A DNA stretch of 63,737 bases, the filler included, from Phoronis australis (Eukaryota > Animalia > Phoronida): the NCBI GenBank assembly GCA_002633005.1. It is 10 parts of 10 records of this genome, joined end to end, with 100 filler letters (N's around TTAATTAATTAA, not from the genome) between each part and the next. Parts side by side here need not be neighbours in the genome. Positions count along the whole stretch, not along the records: positions 25,593 to 42,261 come from NMRA01000624.1; positions 42,362 to 47,663 come from NMRA01002369.1; positions 47,764 to 50,550 come from NMRA01001990.1; positions 50,651 to 53,317 come from NMRA01003511.1; 6 more parts are not named here. One strand, written 5' to 3'. Below are positions 40,086 to 52,835 of the stretch, piece by piece. The position numbers were made by a program, and so were the translations under genes. Each line of letters opens with the position of its first letter. The stretch's first letter is position 1. The notes below the pieces were generated by a model. That model made no database searches. It was not told where the DNA came from and saw only the letters and a program-made list of their open reading frames with translations.

Positions 40086-40174
40086 GAGTCAGTGACGAAA
40101 ACAAGAAGATCATAGTGTCTCTGCATAACAAAGTACGCTCAGAAGTATCAGATGGCTCATACATGCTGAAAATG
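40086..40174 (+). CDS. Exon 5: CAP/SCP domain first helix (GVSDENKKIIVSLHNKVRSEVSDGSYMLKM)
   Basis: ttttgtgttcttcAG|ga...atg|GTAAGA. Phase 1 in / phase 0 out. Canonical HNxxR (CAP3) and MLKM motif. Confidence 0.9.
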
Positions 40175-40628
40175 GTAAGAGAAATTATTTTAGTGTTGAT
40201 GATAATGAAAATCATTCAGCGCAAGCACGTTATATTTTGAAAGCCTGGATATACATGTAAGTAGATTTACCTTGAAGCTATTGCGTTCGCATGCGTGCAT
40301 TTCGTAAGCCCTCAGTCAGACACCTGTTGTCTTGCCACAACCAACATGTTTTTTTGATTTTCATCAATTTAGTTGTAGTAATGAAGTGTTGCTGCATTTG
40401 AGAAACAATAATTTAACAAATACAACTTGGCGTGCGGTGATAGTATGTTACGTTTACCAGGATCCCGTCAAAATCGGCGATCGGTATCAAGGAGATAAAG
40501 TTCAGGACTCCTAGCACAAGCCTCAGTGTTTAGTCAGAGACAACTTTTCCCGTTGCCTACCGCTCGGACAAAACATCCCTGCGCTTTATCAATTTGTAAA
40601 TTATGTAGGGGTAAAAATCAAGTATTAA

Positions 40629-41488
40629 AGGAGAATTCCACAAAAATACCTATTTTGTGTCAAGTAGTTCGTATCGAGTTTGTATCGAGCAGTTCTACTC
40701 GATGACGGCACGTTCTGTTGCTTTACCTGACTGCTAATGGCAGACGGAGGTGTTGAAATTAACCAATGATGTAATTGGTTTCACACGCAGTCTGTTCAGC
40801 AGTTCACAACACGGGTTAGTGGTGTCAGCTTATCGCTTGAATTCATCGTTTAACACCAAAAAATCATGAAACTTCGATGTAAAACCCTTAAAAATACATC
40901 GAGTTCTTATAACAACGTGTTGTTTTACTTCGCTGTTACGGATTTACTGGTATTTGGACACACCGTGTCCTACAAAGTTCGGCAGGCCAATTTACCAAGG
41001 TCCGCAAGAGGAGTTTCGGGTTTGTTCGGAGATAAATTAGTAGTATCCTACAGACAGGAGAACCTAGATCTGTGTTGTTTATACTTGTGATTTTTATAGT
41101 TCTAAATACACAAAACGCTTGTTATCTCGGCCAGTGGCTCGGAACTCGATCAGGCCCGTCGCAGCCGCCGGGACTGGCACGAATATAAACCAGCTTGCGT
41201 TGGTAACTAAACCTCCAGTCACGAAAAGACTATAATAGTGAACCCACGAAATAATGCGCACGTAATTATTTATGTGATTTACCCACGAAACTGAAAACCT
41301 GCTTACTTGTCGGGGGCTGCGAATTCGGGTTCCCCGTCCACAGACCGTCAGAGCACTGGTTGTACAGTAACAATGATTTGTATAATGTATATGTATTTCT
41401 AAATAAAGATTCCCCTAACATAAAAGGCGATGTGGATATAGACCGATTAAGACGGTGAAATACTAATTAAATCGCGTGGTATTCTCTT
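40629..41488 (+). mobile_element. Kolobok-like non-autonomous element, family K2 copy 1 (internally deleted)
   Basis: TTAA TSDs at 40625-28 and 41489-92. TIR AGGAGAATTCCA / TGGTATTCTCTT. Homologous to 47764-48865 and 59834-60751. Confidence 0.78.
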
Positions 41489-41643
41489 TTAAGCTCGTTT
41501 TCCATCACAAAAACAATTTGATACGGCAACTTTTCTTTACTATACATGTACTTATCTCAACTTCCCTGAGACCATGCTGTATGAGTTGGCTTGTCATGGC
41601 GTTACAGAAATTTTAACAAGGTTTATGACATAAAACAACGTTC

Positions 41644-41816
41644 AATGGGGCTATTCGGAGAATTCTCCTAGCTGTGTCGCTGCCGTACTAGTGGTGATTG
41701 AATTGCGCATGCGTGGCTGTCTGCATGTAAACAACTGGTAAAAGATGGACCTTTTTTCAAAATACGTCGTCGCGCTAAGCCTTATTACTGCTAATTTCCC
41801 TGGTGCAAGTCTTCGA
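41644..41816 (+). repeat. Interspersed repeat, second copy at 56978-57150
   Basis: ~170 bp near-identical (AATGGGGCTATTCGGAGAATTCTCC...GCAAGTCTTCGA); probably a TE end. Confidence 0.85.
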
Positions 41817-42689
41817 CAGGTGGCCACAAATTCCCAAAAGACCTCAGGTTACTATATTCGTGGACAATTGCGGTCAACATGGTCAACTAACTGACAAAAA
41901 GTGTGTGGATGCTGAACCGCGTATGTGCTCTATGTCTATGACTATGCAGTTCCATTCGGAGACTACACAACATTACTTGGTAAATTTCTAGCAATCAGTT
42001 TCTATCAACTTCGTTCGGTGATGTTATCCCCACCAGTTACCTCTCTGAATAACAGTTTTATTGAGTGGAACTAAGTATTTCTTTTTGGAAACTCGCCCGA
42101 TGCCGGGTAGGCTAGCAGCACATATTCATATTGTCCTGGGTGGGAGTGCTCCCAAAATAAGAGGTGTATGGTACGTGATGCACAGAAGTCAAGAGTGACT
42201 TTTTCACATCAGTTTCCCTTCAAAACTATGCTGTTTCCAATAAAATTCTCTAGATGAGTGANNNNNNNNNNNNNNNNNNNNNNNNNNNNNNNNNNNNNNN
42301 NNNNNTTAATTAATTAANNNNNNNNNNNNNNNNNNNNNNNNNNNNNNNNNNNNNNNNNNNNTTTTTTTTCAGCTGAATACCGCCGTGGTGTTTGTTTATA
42401 ATGAAAACTAATGGTTAATGCATTTTGAAAATTGCCATTATGTACAGTCAGAGATGTCTAATACAGTTTATGGTCGGATAATTACATTTAATTAGGTCTT
42501 GTTCGCATGGGGCAAAGCGGTCATCACAATTGTACCTGATTCCGGCGCCGCGCTCTCTTTGATCCTGGTACCAGCCGCTCAGAAGGACGAGGGATGAAAA
42601 TTCCCGCATATCTTAAGAAATGCGTGACTTTCTTGTAAGTGTAATATTCAGGTATGGTCACGTGATTGTTCTTCCCGCCGTTGTGAAAC

Positions 42690-44140
42690 CGGATGTAACA
42701 CGTGATCGTAAACAGGAGGAAGTTGCAGTCCCAGGTCACGATGAGTGGGGGATTGCACTGCATGATGCAAATGTCCTCTTTGATCTTACTGGAGTACCAG
42801 TGTTCCTCTCTGGATAAAACTCGTGTATTGTCCATGCTGATGGTGTGGCCAGATGAAACTAAGTGGTCTCCAATAGTAGTAGGTGTGTCCATTTTTGGGG
42901 CTCTGCCAATGTAGCGGATCCCGAGAGACCTTTTGGTTTCACCGATGTGTAGTTGACTAGGATCCTGGTCAAACGTGGATCTGATAGACAACACATGACT
43001 ACTTCTCAAGCGGGGTGACGTCATTAGGTTTATCTAGCTGATTGCGAAGAGTGTTAATGGGTTTAAAGCAAATGCCAAAACGGACGGGATTCAGCATTTT
43101 TCCTAGATCTGCCATCTTTCAATTGCATGTGGGGTTCCGGTTATGAGGAAGTTTCATTGTCCATGGCTCATAGTCGTAAGCTTTCTCAGTACGGTGATGT
43201 ACCTTTCTCCCGCACGGTTCAGTAGCGTTCTATTGAACAGGGTAGTTAGTGGACTTGAAGTTCAAATATTGGTCTTCATGAGTGGGCAGCCATCGTCTTT
43301 CACATGCACACTTAAGTCTAGGAATGGTAATCGACAGCCAACCTCAAGTTCCACGGTGAATAGTATGTTTTCACCTAGGCTATTAATATGTGGTACGTGA
43401 AGCTGTCAATGTCGTGCTCTTGGATTAACACAAGCGTGTCGTCAACGTATCTTAACCATAAAGCTGGTGGAGATGTAGCAGTGTCGAGACAGTTCTCTGT
43501 CCTCGAAGTCCTCCGTGTGGATACCACAGACCAGTGGGGGACATAGGCTGCTCCATGACACTGTTGGTAAAATTTTCCACGGTAGTAGGTAGTATTAAGG
43601 CAAAACTCGAGGAGTTGGCAAATCTTGTTGACGGATAGTTTGGTACATGTACGTAGATGTAGCGGATGGTGGTAAGCGCCTTGTCGACAGGTGCACTCGT
43701 GAAAAGTGCGCTGACGTCATTCGAGATGAGTTTATTGTCAGTGGGGACAGCTAGATCTTGAAGTTTGTCGGCAATGTCTTGGATATTTGTGACACTGTGA
43801 GGGTTGTTACCATGTGGGGGAGAGAGTAACTATCTTAGATAAATATTTAGCAGCCTTGCACGTTAGCTGCAACAGCACAACGCGATGGGTCTCAAAGGAG
43901 TATTAGGTTGGTGTATTTTGGGGGAATCATGCATCTTGCCGGTGCTCCGAGACAGTTTCCAATAATTAACTTATCACTTCGTCTTCCAATCACTAATTGA
44001 TTAAGGCACTTACCTGTGGGAGCTCTGGGAGGAGGCTTGTAGGTGTTGGTGTCCGATAACACAGCGATGTATCGTTAAACATGCCAACCCTTCAAGCCCA
44101 ATGTCACCTCGGCTGAGAGGAAAGCCACCTCTGAGCTTCG
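42690..44140 (-). mobile_element. Decayed Penelope-like element (RT + GIY-YIG endonuclease)
   Basis: Minus-strand motifs with frameshifts: LSDTNTYK, PKIHQPNTPLRPI, SNDVSALFTSAPV, WLRYVDDT, LPFLDL, then HIGETKRSL...TRVLSREEHW..KIKE. Confidence 0.9.
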
Positions 44141-45269
44141 TTCCAGCAGCATAATTCATTTGCTGGTCATATTGTGTGATAAATAAGTCGCATAACTTTG
44201 AAATCAGTCGAATTATGCTTCGTTTCACGTGTCCATGACGTGCACAGACTCGAAACGAAGTATTTTGCTTTGAACTGTTGTGCTCAAAATGCTGGGCTTT
44301 CTGTTGGCAGGTGCATGCGGACGTCTAACTGATGCCTCCTACAGACAACATTTTCAATATGTGCTCACGCGGAAGAAAAGAAAAACTCACCCCTGACATG
44401 TGCTGGAATTCCGTGATGCTTGGAAGTGTGACACGCCAGATAGTCATGGTTATCCCTTTACTGTCGAATTCAGTGGTTCGAAGAGTAGAAGGATATTAGC
44501 AATAACGTGTTCCTTCTCTTCGTCTCAACGTGTTGTTGGCCGCGAGTTAAATTTGAATTTAGAAGAATGAAACTATAGTTAAGTGATCTGAGTACAAGTT
44601 CATAGACTGTGTGTGCGGGAAGGCGCGACTCAAAGTTTGTGACTTCGGCTCGGGTCTGGAACTGAATGGACGCGTTTTGAACAAAAAAGGCTTGAGAATC
44701 ATTACTATATGTAGGTGCTGATGAATGTGTTTTAATACCGAATTGTGTCATAACTGTACATAGTTTTTGAATGGATGTTTCTACAAGTTTCATAATAAAT
44801 GCTTGATATTGTACATGCTCTCTGTATAATTCAATACTCCGAGTATTGAGTCGACGTTGGCCACGATTGAAAAGTTGGGAAATGTGCGGGACACGGTATT
44901 TCTTTTACGTAAGCAGACCCATCAGTACTCAACATTGACGTCTATATACACGTAATACAGTAGCGAGTCATCGAAACAAATCCTTCCACGTTCTCTTTTA
45001 CTGCACTTGATTGTCCTCGCCGGTTCCGCACGGTCATCGGCTTAAGACATCTGATTGGTCTGTACGACGGATGTCGTTATTAAGAACCAATCGGATGTCT
45101 TTAAGGCCACTCATGTTTCGGCAGTCGCGCTTGAACCACACACCATTGAAGTTTCTGTTGGAATTAGTAATGTACTTAAAAGATTCGAAACATGCCTCCC
45201 TATTTTGAACACATAAAACTTCAACAGAAAGCGGGTGATTTAACATGACAAGTTATAAAAATCCCTTTT

Positions 45270-45355
45270 TTGAGATCAGCCTCAGCTGGGAACTGAACCC
45301 GATACTCTCGCATCGCAGTCAAGAGCTCCGCAGTGCTGGCTGAGCTGAATCCCAA
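45270..45355 (-). mobile_element. Possible tRNA-derived SINE head
   Basis: Minus strand shows A-box-like CAGCTCAGCC and B-box-like GGTTCAGTTCCC at tRNA spacing; no intact cloverleaf. Confidence 0.3.
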
Positions 45356-47763
45356 TCGCCATTTGACAGTATCCTAAGCGTTACTGGGAAAATCATCGGC
45401 TTTGATGTCGATGTCTGAAAGACAACAGCTATAACTGGAGATTTGTTTCATAGCTTGGCAAAGCCAACAACTTAACTTATATCCCATTCAACTAATCCCA
45501 AAACTGCGTCTTTCGGACATAAAAACGTCCCTTCAATCTCGACAGTTAACATCTTTTCAAGTGCAAGTAATTCTCATTGAAAATAAAATTCAACTTTTGA
45601 ATTAGGCCAGCTTAGGCCAAAGAAGTAACGTGGTTTGCATGCGCGCAGCCAGCCTGAAAATGGGGGCTCGAATTTTTGATAATGTGGACCTTTTACTAGT
45701 TATTCACGGGGTACTTTCAGAGTTTTGAATTATCCATTCGCCGAAATTTGGTAGTTCCTATAGTGGACCCCCTGGGTGCGCGCGTGGACTTTGGTCTTGA
45801 CACCAAGCTGCTCACTCAAAGTCTCGTGTTCTTGGAAAAGCTGCACAAAGGCACATATTATGCAAGGTCAGTGGTGCCGCAAACAAGAAAATCTAATTTA
45901 GTCGATCAAAAATAATGCGTTTTTTACTCAACTCTAACCCGTTTCGGTCACCTTATGCCAGGTTGGCGTAATAGGCTATAGTAATATGACTTGGATCGAA
46001 GACGTATCCTTTCGTGCAACAGTTTACTTCCTTGGACCTATTTCTTGATGCTGCTCTGTCTAGCCAAGGACCCCCCGGCGCCACATTCAGTTGACTGTGC
46101 GCTTGTGGGAGTACGTCGCAAAAGTATGGTGAGCGTGGCTAGACTGCGCTTGTCGAAACTAAACGGCTTTCCAGACGGCAAAATAGCTTCGGTTGCAGAA
46201 ACTATAGTATTGCGCTGTGACAAAACACACTTTGTGAGCCTGAGTGGGTAGAGTTCAGTAACGCTAGGAACTCGCTAAAAAATAAAACTTCGCGAGATTA
46301 CGTGAGATATAGTCGTGTATTTTGAATGAGAACACCTACGTGATTTTGGATAGATTTTAGCGAGGTTCACGTGATCAACCGTAAACAGAACCGTGACAGA
46401 AGACGGACGTAAACTACGTCTTTCAACGATCGACTTACGTACCGGCGGGACGGCGCGTAGTCAAGTTCTTTTCAGAACTCGGTAATAGAATTGAACTTTG
46501 AGGGAAGTGTCCCTTCGCCGACGATGTGCCCCCGCGTTCCTCATAAAACCGTAGAGCTACACCCTTGGTGGACCCTGGTATTCGGAAGCCGTAGGGTCGG
46601 TGCGGAACTGATCATTCAAAAGTCAAGTGATGCGATGCTGACATCCGATCGATAATGATCCTGCCCTCACTGTATCCATCACCGTCCATATATATTTGTG
46701 CCAGTGTTTGCTGATACTGATTGATTTAACAAAGAAAGCCGACAAACTAATACAATACAACACAATACAATTAATACTAAGAAAGAGATGATGTCGGAAG
46801 AAATAAAAAAGGCAATCGATGTGCGGATGGCACGAAGTAAAAAGCCTATTAATGCCCAATGTAGTCCGCCCTATATTAGATAGGTTTACCAGCAAAATAA
46901 TAAAGATATAATAAGCGCTACAGCAAATAGATGCATAAAATCTATCTATTCAGTATCGGCCTATCTAAGTAGGCCTATCTATCTATCTATTTATCGACTC
47001 TGTTGGTGTCTGCCATTTCTGCTCAGTGACACGCGTAATCAAGCTAATGTATCTATCTTGCTATCAATGTTCACCAGCCCTTTATCTACGTAGTTGACAA
47101 AATTCTTTCAAAATACCGGTAAAAATGTTTGATGCTGTACATGTAGGCCTACCGGTTTACAAATTCCTGGCCTGTTTCCCATGTCCCAAACCCCCGGGAT
47201 TTAACTTAGCCGGCTGCTTACCCGGCCAGGTTCACCGGGTTCCGACTCACCTGTGGCAGAGGGTTCGCTGGCTTGTAGCGACATCTATATTGTGCGGGTG
47301 AAATCATCTGTCAGAATATTTAAATAGTTAAAAAAGGCTAAAACTGAATATGAACACCAGGCATGTATAATGATCAATCAAACACATGGATTATTTAAAG
47401 GCAATTAAGCCTGCTTAGTGTTCGAATTAGACAATTTTCCTGTCCAAGTAAACACTTGACCGGAAGTTTGTGTATGTCTTAGTTACTTGCATGCTGGTGA
47501 GTAGTTTGTTGTCGAGTTCGATTAAACTTTCAGTCCTAGAGTATCGCCTGTATGTAGCAGTTTTCAATGATAGTTAGAAAATTCATTATCTGAAGCCAAT
47601 CCTTGAAACTGGAAATCACAAGCCAGCTGGAAGTACTCCTCTTGACTTCCACATACACACACANNNNNNNNNNNNNNNNNNNNNNNNNNNNNNNNNNNNN
47701 NNNNNNNTTAATTAATTAANNNNNNNNNNNNNNNNNNNNNNNNNNNNNNNNNNNNNNNNNNNN

Positions 47764-48865
47764 ATCCCCGCCAGTGGCTCGGAAACTGATCAGACATCAA
47801 GAACATAAACCAGCCAAAGTTCAGTCAAAAAAATATTATACTAGTGAGCCAAAGTAATGTGCACCTGATTATGTTGGTGAATTAGCTACGAAACTGCAAA
47901 TCTACTTACTCGTCGGGGGCCGCGAATTCAGGTTCCGCTTTGGCCACAGCACCGTCAGGGCAGAAGTTGTACATTGATAATCATTATTTGAGTAATGTAA
48001 ATGTAAATAAAGATTCCCCTAACACCTGGCCGTAGGATGGAAATCGAGTTGTTTCACATCAGTTTCTGCCAGCTAACACTAAATTAGCATGAGCTCACAC
48101 GGCCTAGGTGTCCCGTCAATTAAAGGCCGGTAACGCAGTGATTTATTCATTGCTGGCTTCTCAAATCATTTGCACTCACGAACACTCCAAAGGTATTACA
48201 AACTGCATCTAATGAGGCAGACTTTGCTTCAGTTTTATGTATTGGTTAGGGTGAGAATAATTCATTTTGAAACAGAACGCTCAGTAATAAACGCCAACAT
48301 GGCAACTCGCAATCCCTACATATAGGACGAGCTAGAGCTCATCAGTCCCGACTTCGCAGGTGGATCGTTAAGTTTTACAGGCTATCAATTCGAACAGGGA
48401 TACAGTGATAGAGAAATACTAGGGAGGCGCCGTGAACAAGCTCAGACAACGGAACGCATGGAGTTATTTGGTAAGCCGGCATTCGTCAGGCACTGTCTAT
48501 GTCTGCAGGCCACAGACACGGAGAGGTTTCACCTGACGGCCTTATACTTGCTATTTACAGCGTGACATTTCATTCTTCACTACCATGAGACACTTCCTAA
48601 GCATTTCGGACTCTCGAGGAAGTAAAAAAACGATATTCCCGCTTTCCTCGCAGCTGCTTAGTTCGGACAAGCGGGAACGATGCACCGCAACATAGCGGCA
48701 TTCACTCTGCACATGAACCCCTGACGTCGCTAGCCTCGTTTCTCACCTTCCTCACAGGTTAACGCGACACCTCTTGGCAAGGTAAGGTCGACGGTATGCG
48801 AGGCGATGTGGATATAGACTGATTAAGACGGCAAAAATACTAATTAAATCGGGTGGCATTCTCCT
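47764..48865 (+). mobile_element. Kolobok-like family K2 copy 2, retaining KolX-like (+) and THAP (-) ORF stubs
   Basis: Right end TGGCATTCTCCT+TTAA (48866-69). Carries ~780 bp missing from copy 1. + 48299-48470 MATRNPYI*...GYQFEQGYSDRE|GTAAGC. - from 48693 MLRCIVPACPN*...GISFFLLPRE..LRKCL. Confidence 0.8.
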
Positions 48866-50650
48866 TTAACAGTGACCAAAAAAGTGGAGTTGGAATTCTT
48901 CGCCAAAGTCACCTTAATTCTCGTAACTAAGCTTCATCGAAGATATGTGTAGAAGTAGAAAGGACTACTGAAGAAAGTAAGCGCTTTTTAAGTGATAGTT
49001 TTAAGTGTGGAATGTATTTTTGGCGAGGTGAAAACTCCTAATCGGTGGCCGGATTTGGCCTACCACCCTTTTAAAATACACGGGACGAAATGCGCACAGA
49101 AATCGATGGGAAGTATTGTAGCTCCTAACCGGCCAACCGAGGGGCTACGTGTTGCCTACCTGCGGCGTCGCCCGACACAAGGTTTCCTTTGAAATACACT
49201 GTAACACTAAACGAGGCTGATGATCACCTTTTGCATGTTTGAGGTTTTCTGTGTGTTCGAGTTTCAAGCCAGTCAGTACGTCTATTGCCCAATATCATTC
49301 ATAGCCATTATTCAAATAGCCGCCCTACTAAATATATTAGAAATATAACGACCACTTGTCTCTAGTTCCACTGTGAAATTATCAGTGATGACAAAGCATT
49401 ACAAATTTAATCATGAATGAACAGGACTCGTTTACTAACTATACTATGTTCCGTGATAAGGTACGTCAACGTAACTGGGAACTTTGTCGGGTAATCTTAT
49501 TTCACGGGATATCTGTCAATAGTATCGTGTGTGCAATAATGTTCCTATCACACGCAAATGACGCTCAGTATAGGTTTTATGAAAGTTATTAAATCATGAT
49601 AAATGTCTCTCAAGAAAGTAGTATAATGCACTTGTCCAGTTCTTAAAGACTACATAACCTGATACGTTATTTTCTGCATTTCTGTGATGTCAAATCTGAG
49701 CATGCGCAAGGTCGACCGGGTACCATGTAACGGGTACGATATTTCACGCGACACCTGGCAAAGCTGAGTAGTCAGTGCACTGGAGAATGATTGCGGGAAG
49801 TGTCGCTATTGTCGTTATTTTCAGACGAGCGCGGAAATCAGGAGTGTGATCCGTAGGCTGAGAACCTCGCGAAGACGCAAGATTACGCAAGAGCTTGCGA
49901 GATATCACCATATATATTACAAGCGAAGCACGTGGTCCCACTAGCTTCCTTTGCGAGATTCTTGCGCGTACGGAACTCAGCCCTGTGAGGGACACGTAAT
50001 TTAATTCCATTCCGCCCAAATGAAGTGAATTTGCTACCGAAGTAAAGCCACGTTTCTCAACAACATTTACTGTGCTTGTGGTTAGTATAGGTAGTAAATC
50101 GCTTAGTGTGAAACGGGTTTCGAGATACATGTACCCCACCATAGGACTATTGAGAATTAGCTGACACTCGATTTCAGAGGCTCAATCACAAAATGCACGA
50201 GTACACCAATTGAAAGGCTTATACACCCATAAAATTTTACATAACAAGAGTCCATTGCTACGGTGTTTGTTCTCAGAACTGTTATAGCCAGTTTCAAATG
50301 CACTGGTTAAAATCATACTGCAACATCAAAAGTGGATATTTATTTTACAGAAAATGTCGAATGGGAACTGAAAAGCTTTTCAGCCGTGAAGCGTGTGTTG
50401 ACGTACGCGGTTTCGTCTGTGCCCTACCACGATTTAACGTATAGCGTTTACATCCAAAGACGCGCTCTTCATATTATGTTCAACTTGGTACGTTAGAATT
50501 ATTACTTGGCGGAATTCTTCCGCCAAGTATGTTGCTTTGACAGCAAGTTTNNNNNNNNNNNNNNNNNNNNNNNNNNNNNNNNNNNNNNNNNNNNTTAATT
50601 AATTAANNNNNNNNNNNNNNNNNNNNNNNNNNNNNNNNNNNNNNNNNNNN

Positions 50651-52500
50651 TGTATGGGCGCAGCAGTTCGTCATTTTTCCCCATATATCATTCAGGCCTC
50701 TAATCCCATCCAAGTCCTGACATACAGTCGTCCATGCGTTCAGGCTTACGGAAAACTTGTACGAAGCGAGTTCTCCAGTAGCGCTCGAGTATCGACGTTT
50801 CTATCTACATTGGCGTTTTTTTACACCACATTGCTGGTGCAGCGAACCTTCCCTCCGACTTCTCCAGCAGAAACCCATCATCCTGCCAAGACTCCTCTTG
50901 TCAGGTATGTAAGTTCATTGCCGAACTGGAAGATTCAGTCGTTCGAAGCTTGTCGGTTGATGATGTTCTTCAGAGCGCCATGCGTATGCCCTTCGCAAGC
51001 CGCGCTGCTTGGCTGTTGACCCAACAGGAATGCCCAGACCTTCGCCGAAGCCATGCCCACCTGTCTCAGGGTATTCGTCCTTCCCGTAAGCAAAGCAAAA
51101 TCAAAGGTGTCAGGCGTTATCTCAATGCGGTCTCAATCGCCAACGGCGGCGCCTTAGTTGTTAAGTCAGCTGAGCCATTCCAACCCCAACGTGAACGTAT
51201 CGTTGTGCCACGCCCCGTTCTGAATGGATTGCTCACAGCCATTCACCTACGCTTTGGCCATCCATCCAAGTACCAAACAAAGAGTCTCTTTACTCGCTAC
51301 TTCTTTGCGCTTGACATCGATAAGGCCATTGACGCTGTCACTTCTGCCTGTCACATCTGACAGTCTGTCGAAACCATACCTGCCTATTTCCAACCCCATT
51401 CTACCTCCCACCCTCCGACATTGTCGGCTCGTCATTCGCGGCTGATATTATGCGACGTCATCGGCAGTTCATCTTCGTTATCAGGGAGACTGTCGCTTCG
51501 TACACGTTAATCTCCCTAATCCAAAATGAGGCTCGTGATGAACTTCGAAACATTCTAGTTATTCTTTGTTCTGCATTATGCCCTCTTACTGAAAACGGAA
51601 TAACTGTTCGAGTTCGTTGCTTTGAAGAATGACCAGATGTTACTTTCACGTGGTATTCACCTTGACATTGGTCAAGTTAAGAACGTCAGTAAGAATCCTG
51701 TGGCTGAACATGCAGTGCATGGAACTCCTGCGTTTATCTCCAGAGGGCGGGCCAGTGTCCTCTGCAGCTCTCGCCATTGCCACGTCCAATATGAACTCCC
51801 GGGTCCGCCGCTATGGTTTGTCTTCTCGTGAATTGTGGACACAGGGGGATCAAGTCACAGGTTGTCAACTGCCCATCGCCTACAGGGGGTGATCCTCCGT
51901 CAACACCAATCCCGTATTGACAACCATTTCCCTAGTGCCATGTCAAAGTCCCGTGGTCGCGCTCATAACCCTGCACGACTCTTTGTTGGTCAGCTGGTAT
52001 TCCTAAAGGCTGATCGTGACAAGACAAAGGCCCGCGAGAAGTACCTCGTTACAAGCGTGTCTGATGAATGGTGTGAGCTTGCTCCCAGTTCCGCAGTAAA
52101 ACTTATACTGTACGTGCATCAGACTGCTTCCCTGTGTCTTCTACGACTTCGAATCCTAAGTTGTTTGCCTCAGCTCAGCTTGATGCCTCTGTTGACGATG
52201 ATCTGATGCCTAGCCCTACTGGCCACGACCCCTACGACCTTCGTGTGCATGATCTTCCGGGGGATTACCTGCCCGAGGTACCACTCACATCCCTTCCATT
52301 GCCGGAGGTGATCACTACTCCTCTACCTGAACCGACCCTTGATACCGGAGCAGCCGATCCAGCGGCTGATATCCCTCAGCTTTCGGATGAGCAAGATGTC
52401 CTTAGCTCCGACCCCGTTGCGCAGGATGCCACCACATTACGGCGCTCTCATCGCAACCGCAAACCCCCGCGTGGCACGATAGTGATTGGATTATGGAGTA
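50651..52500 (+). mobile_element. Ty3/Gypsy LTR retrotransposon pol remnant (RNase H end + integrase), frameshifted
   Basis: [32 protein letters not shown]...YFFAL...CH zinc-finger, NPVAE, VGQLVFLKADRDKTKAREKYLV, and acidic tail with LRRSHRNRKPP. Confidence 0.88.
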
Positions 52501-52702
52501 GCGCCAGTGGACCCTGTACTCCTTCCTTAACTTTTTTTCCTTGGCAGAGAAGACGGAAACATGCCAGACAGAGACTATGCTTTGTTATAAGTGTTTATTA
52601 CGTTGTTGTTTAACTGTTATTACGGTTGAAACGTTGTTCGAGCTACTGTACTCCATAGGCCTACTTTAAGTCGTGTATTGTTCTTTAGCTTCCATTGTAC
52701 CC

Positions 52703-52835
52703 AGAGGAGAGGAAAGTGATTACGCCATTGTGTTCGTTAAGGTTTTTTCCTCGGTCCCCGTCTCGGTTTCCGGTTTCTGTCGATTCGACTTGTTCGTCAA
52801 TAAACGCTAGCAAACCTTGTTTTATTTAACTTACT
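52703..52835 (+). mobile_element. Polypurine tract and start of 3' LTR
   Basis: AGAGGAGAGGAAAG (52703-16) immediately followed by TG (52717). AATAAA at ~52799. LTR 3' end not resolved. Confidence 0.6.
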
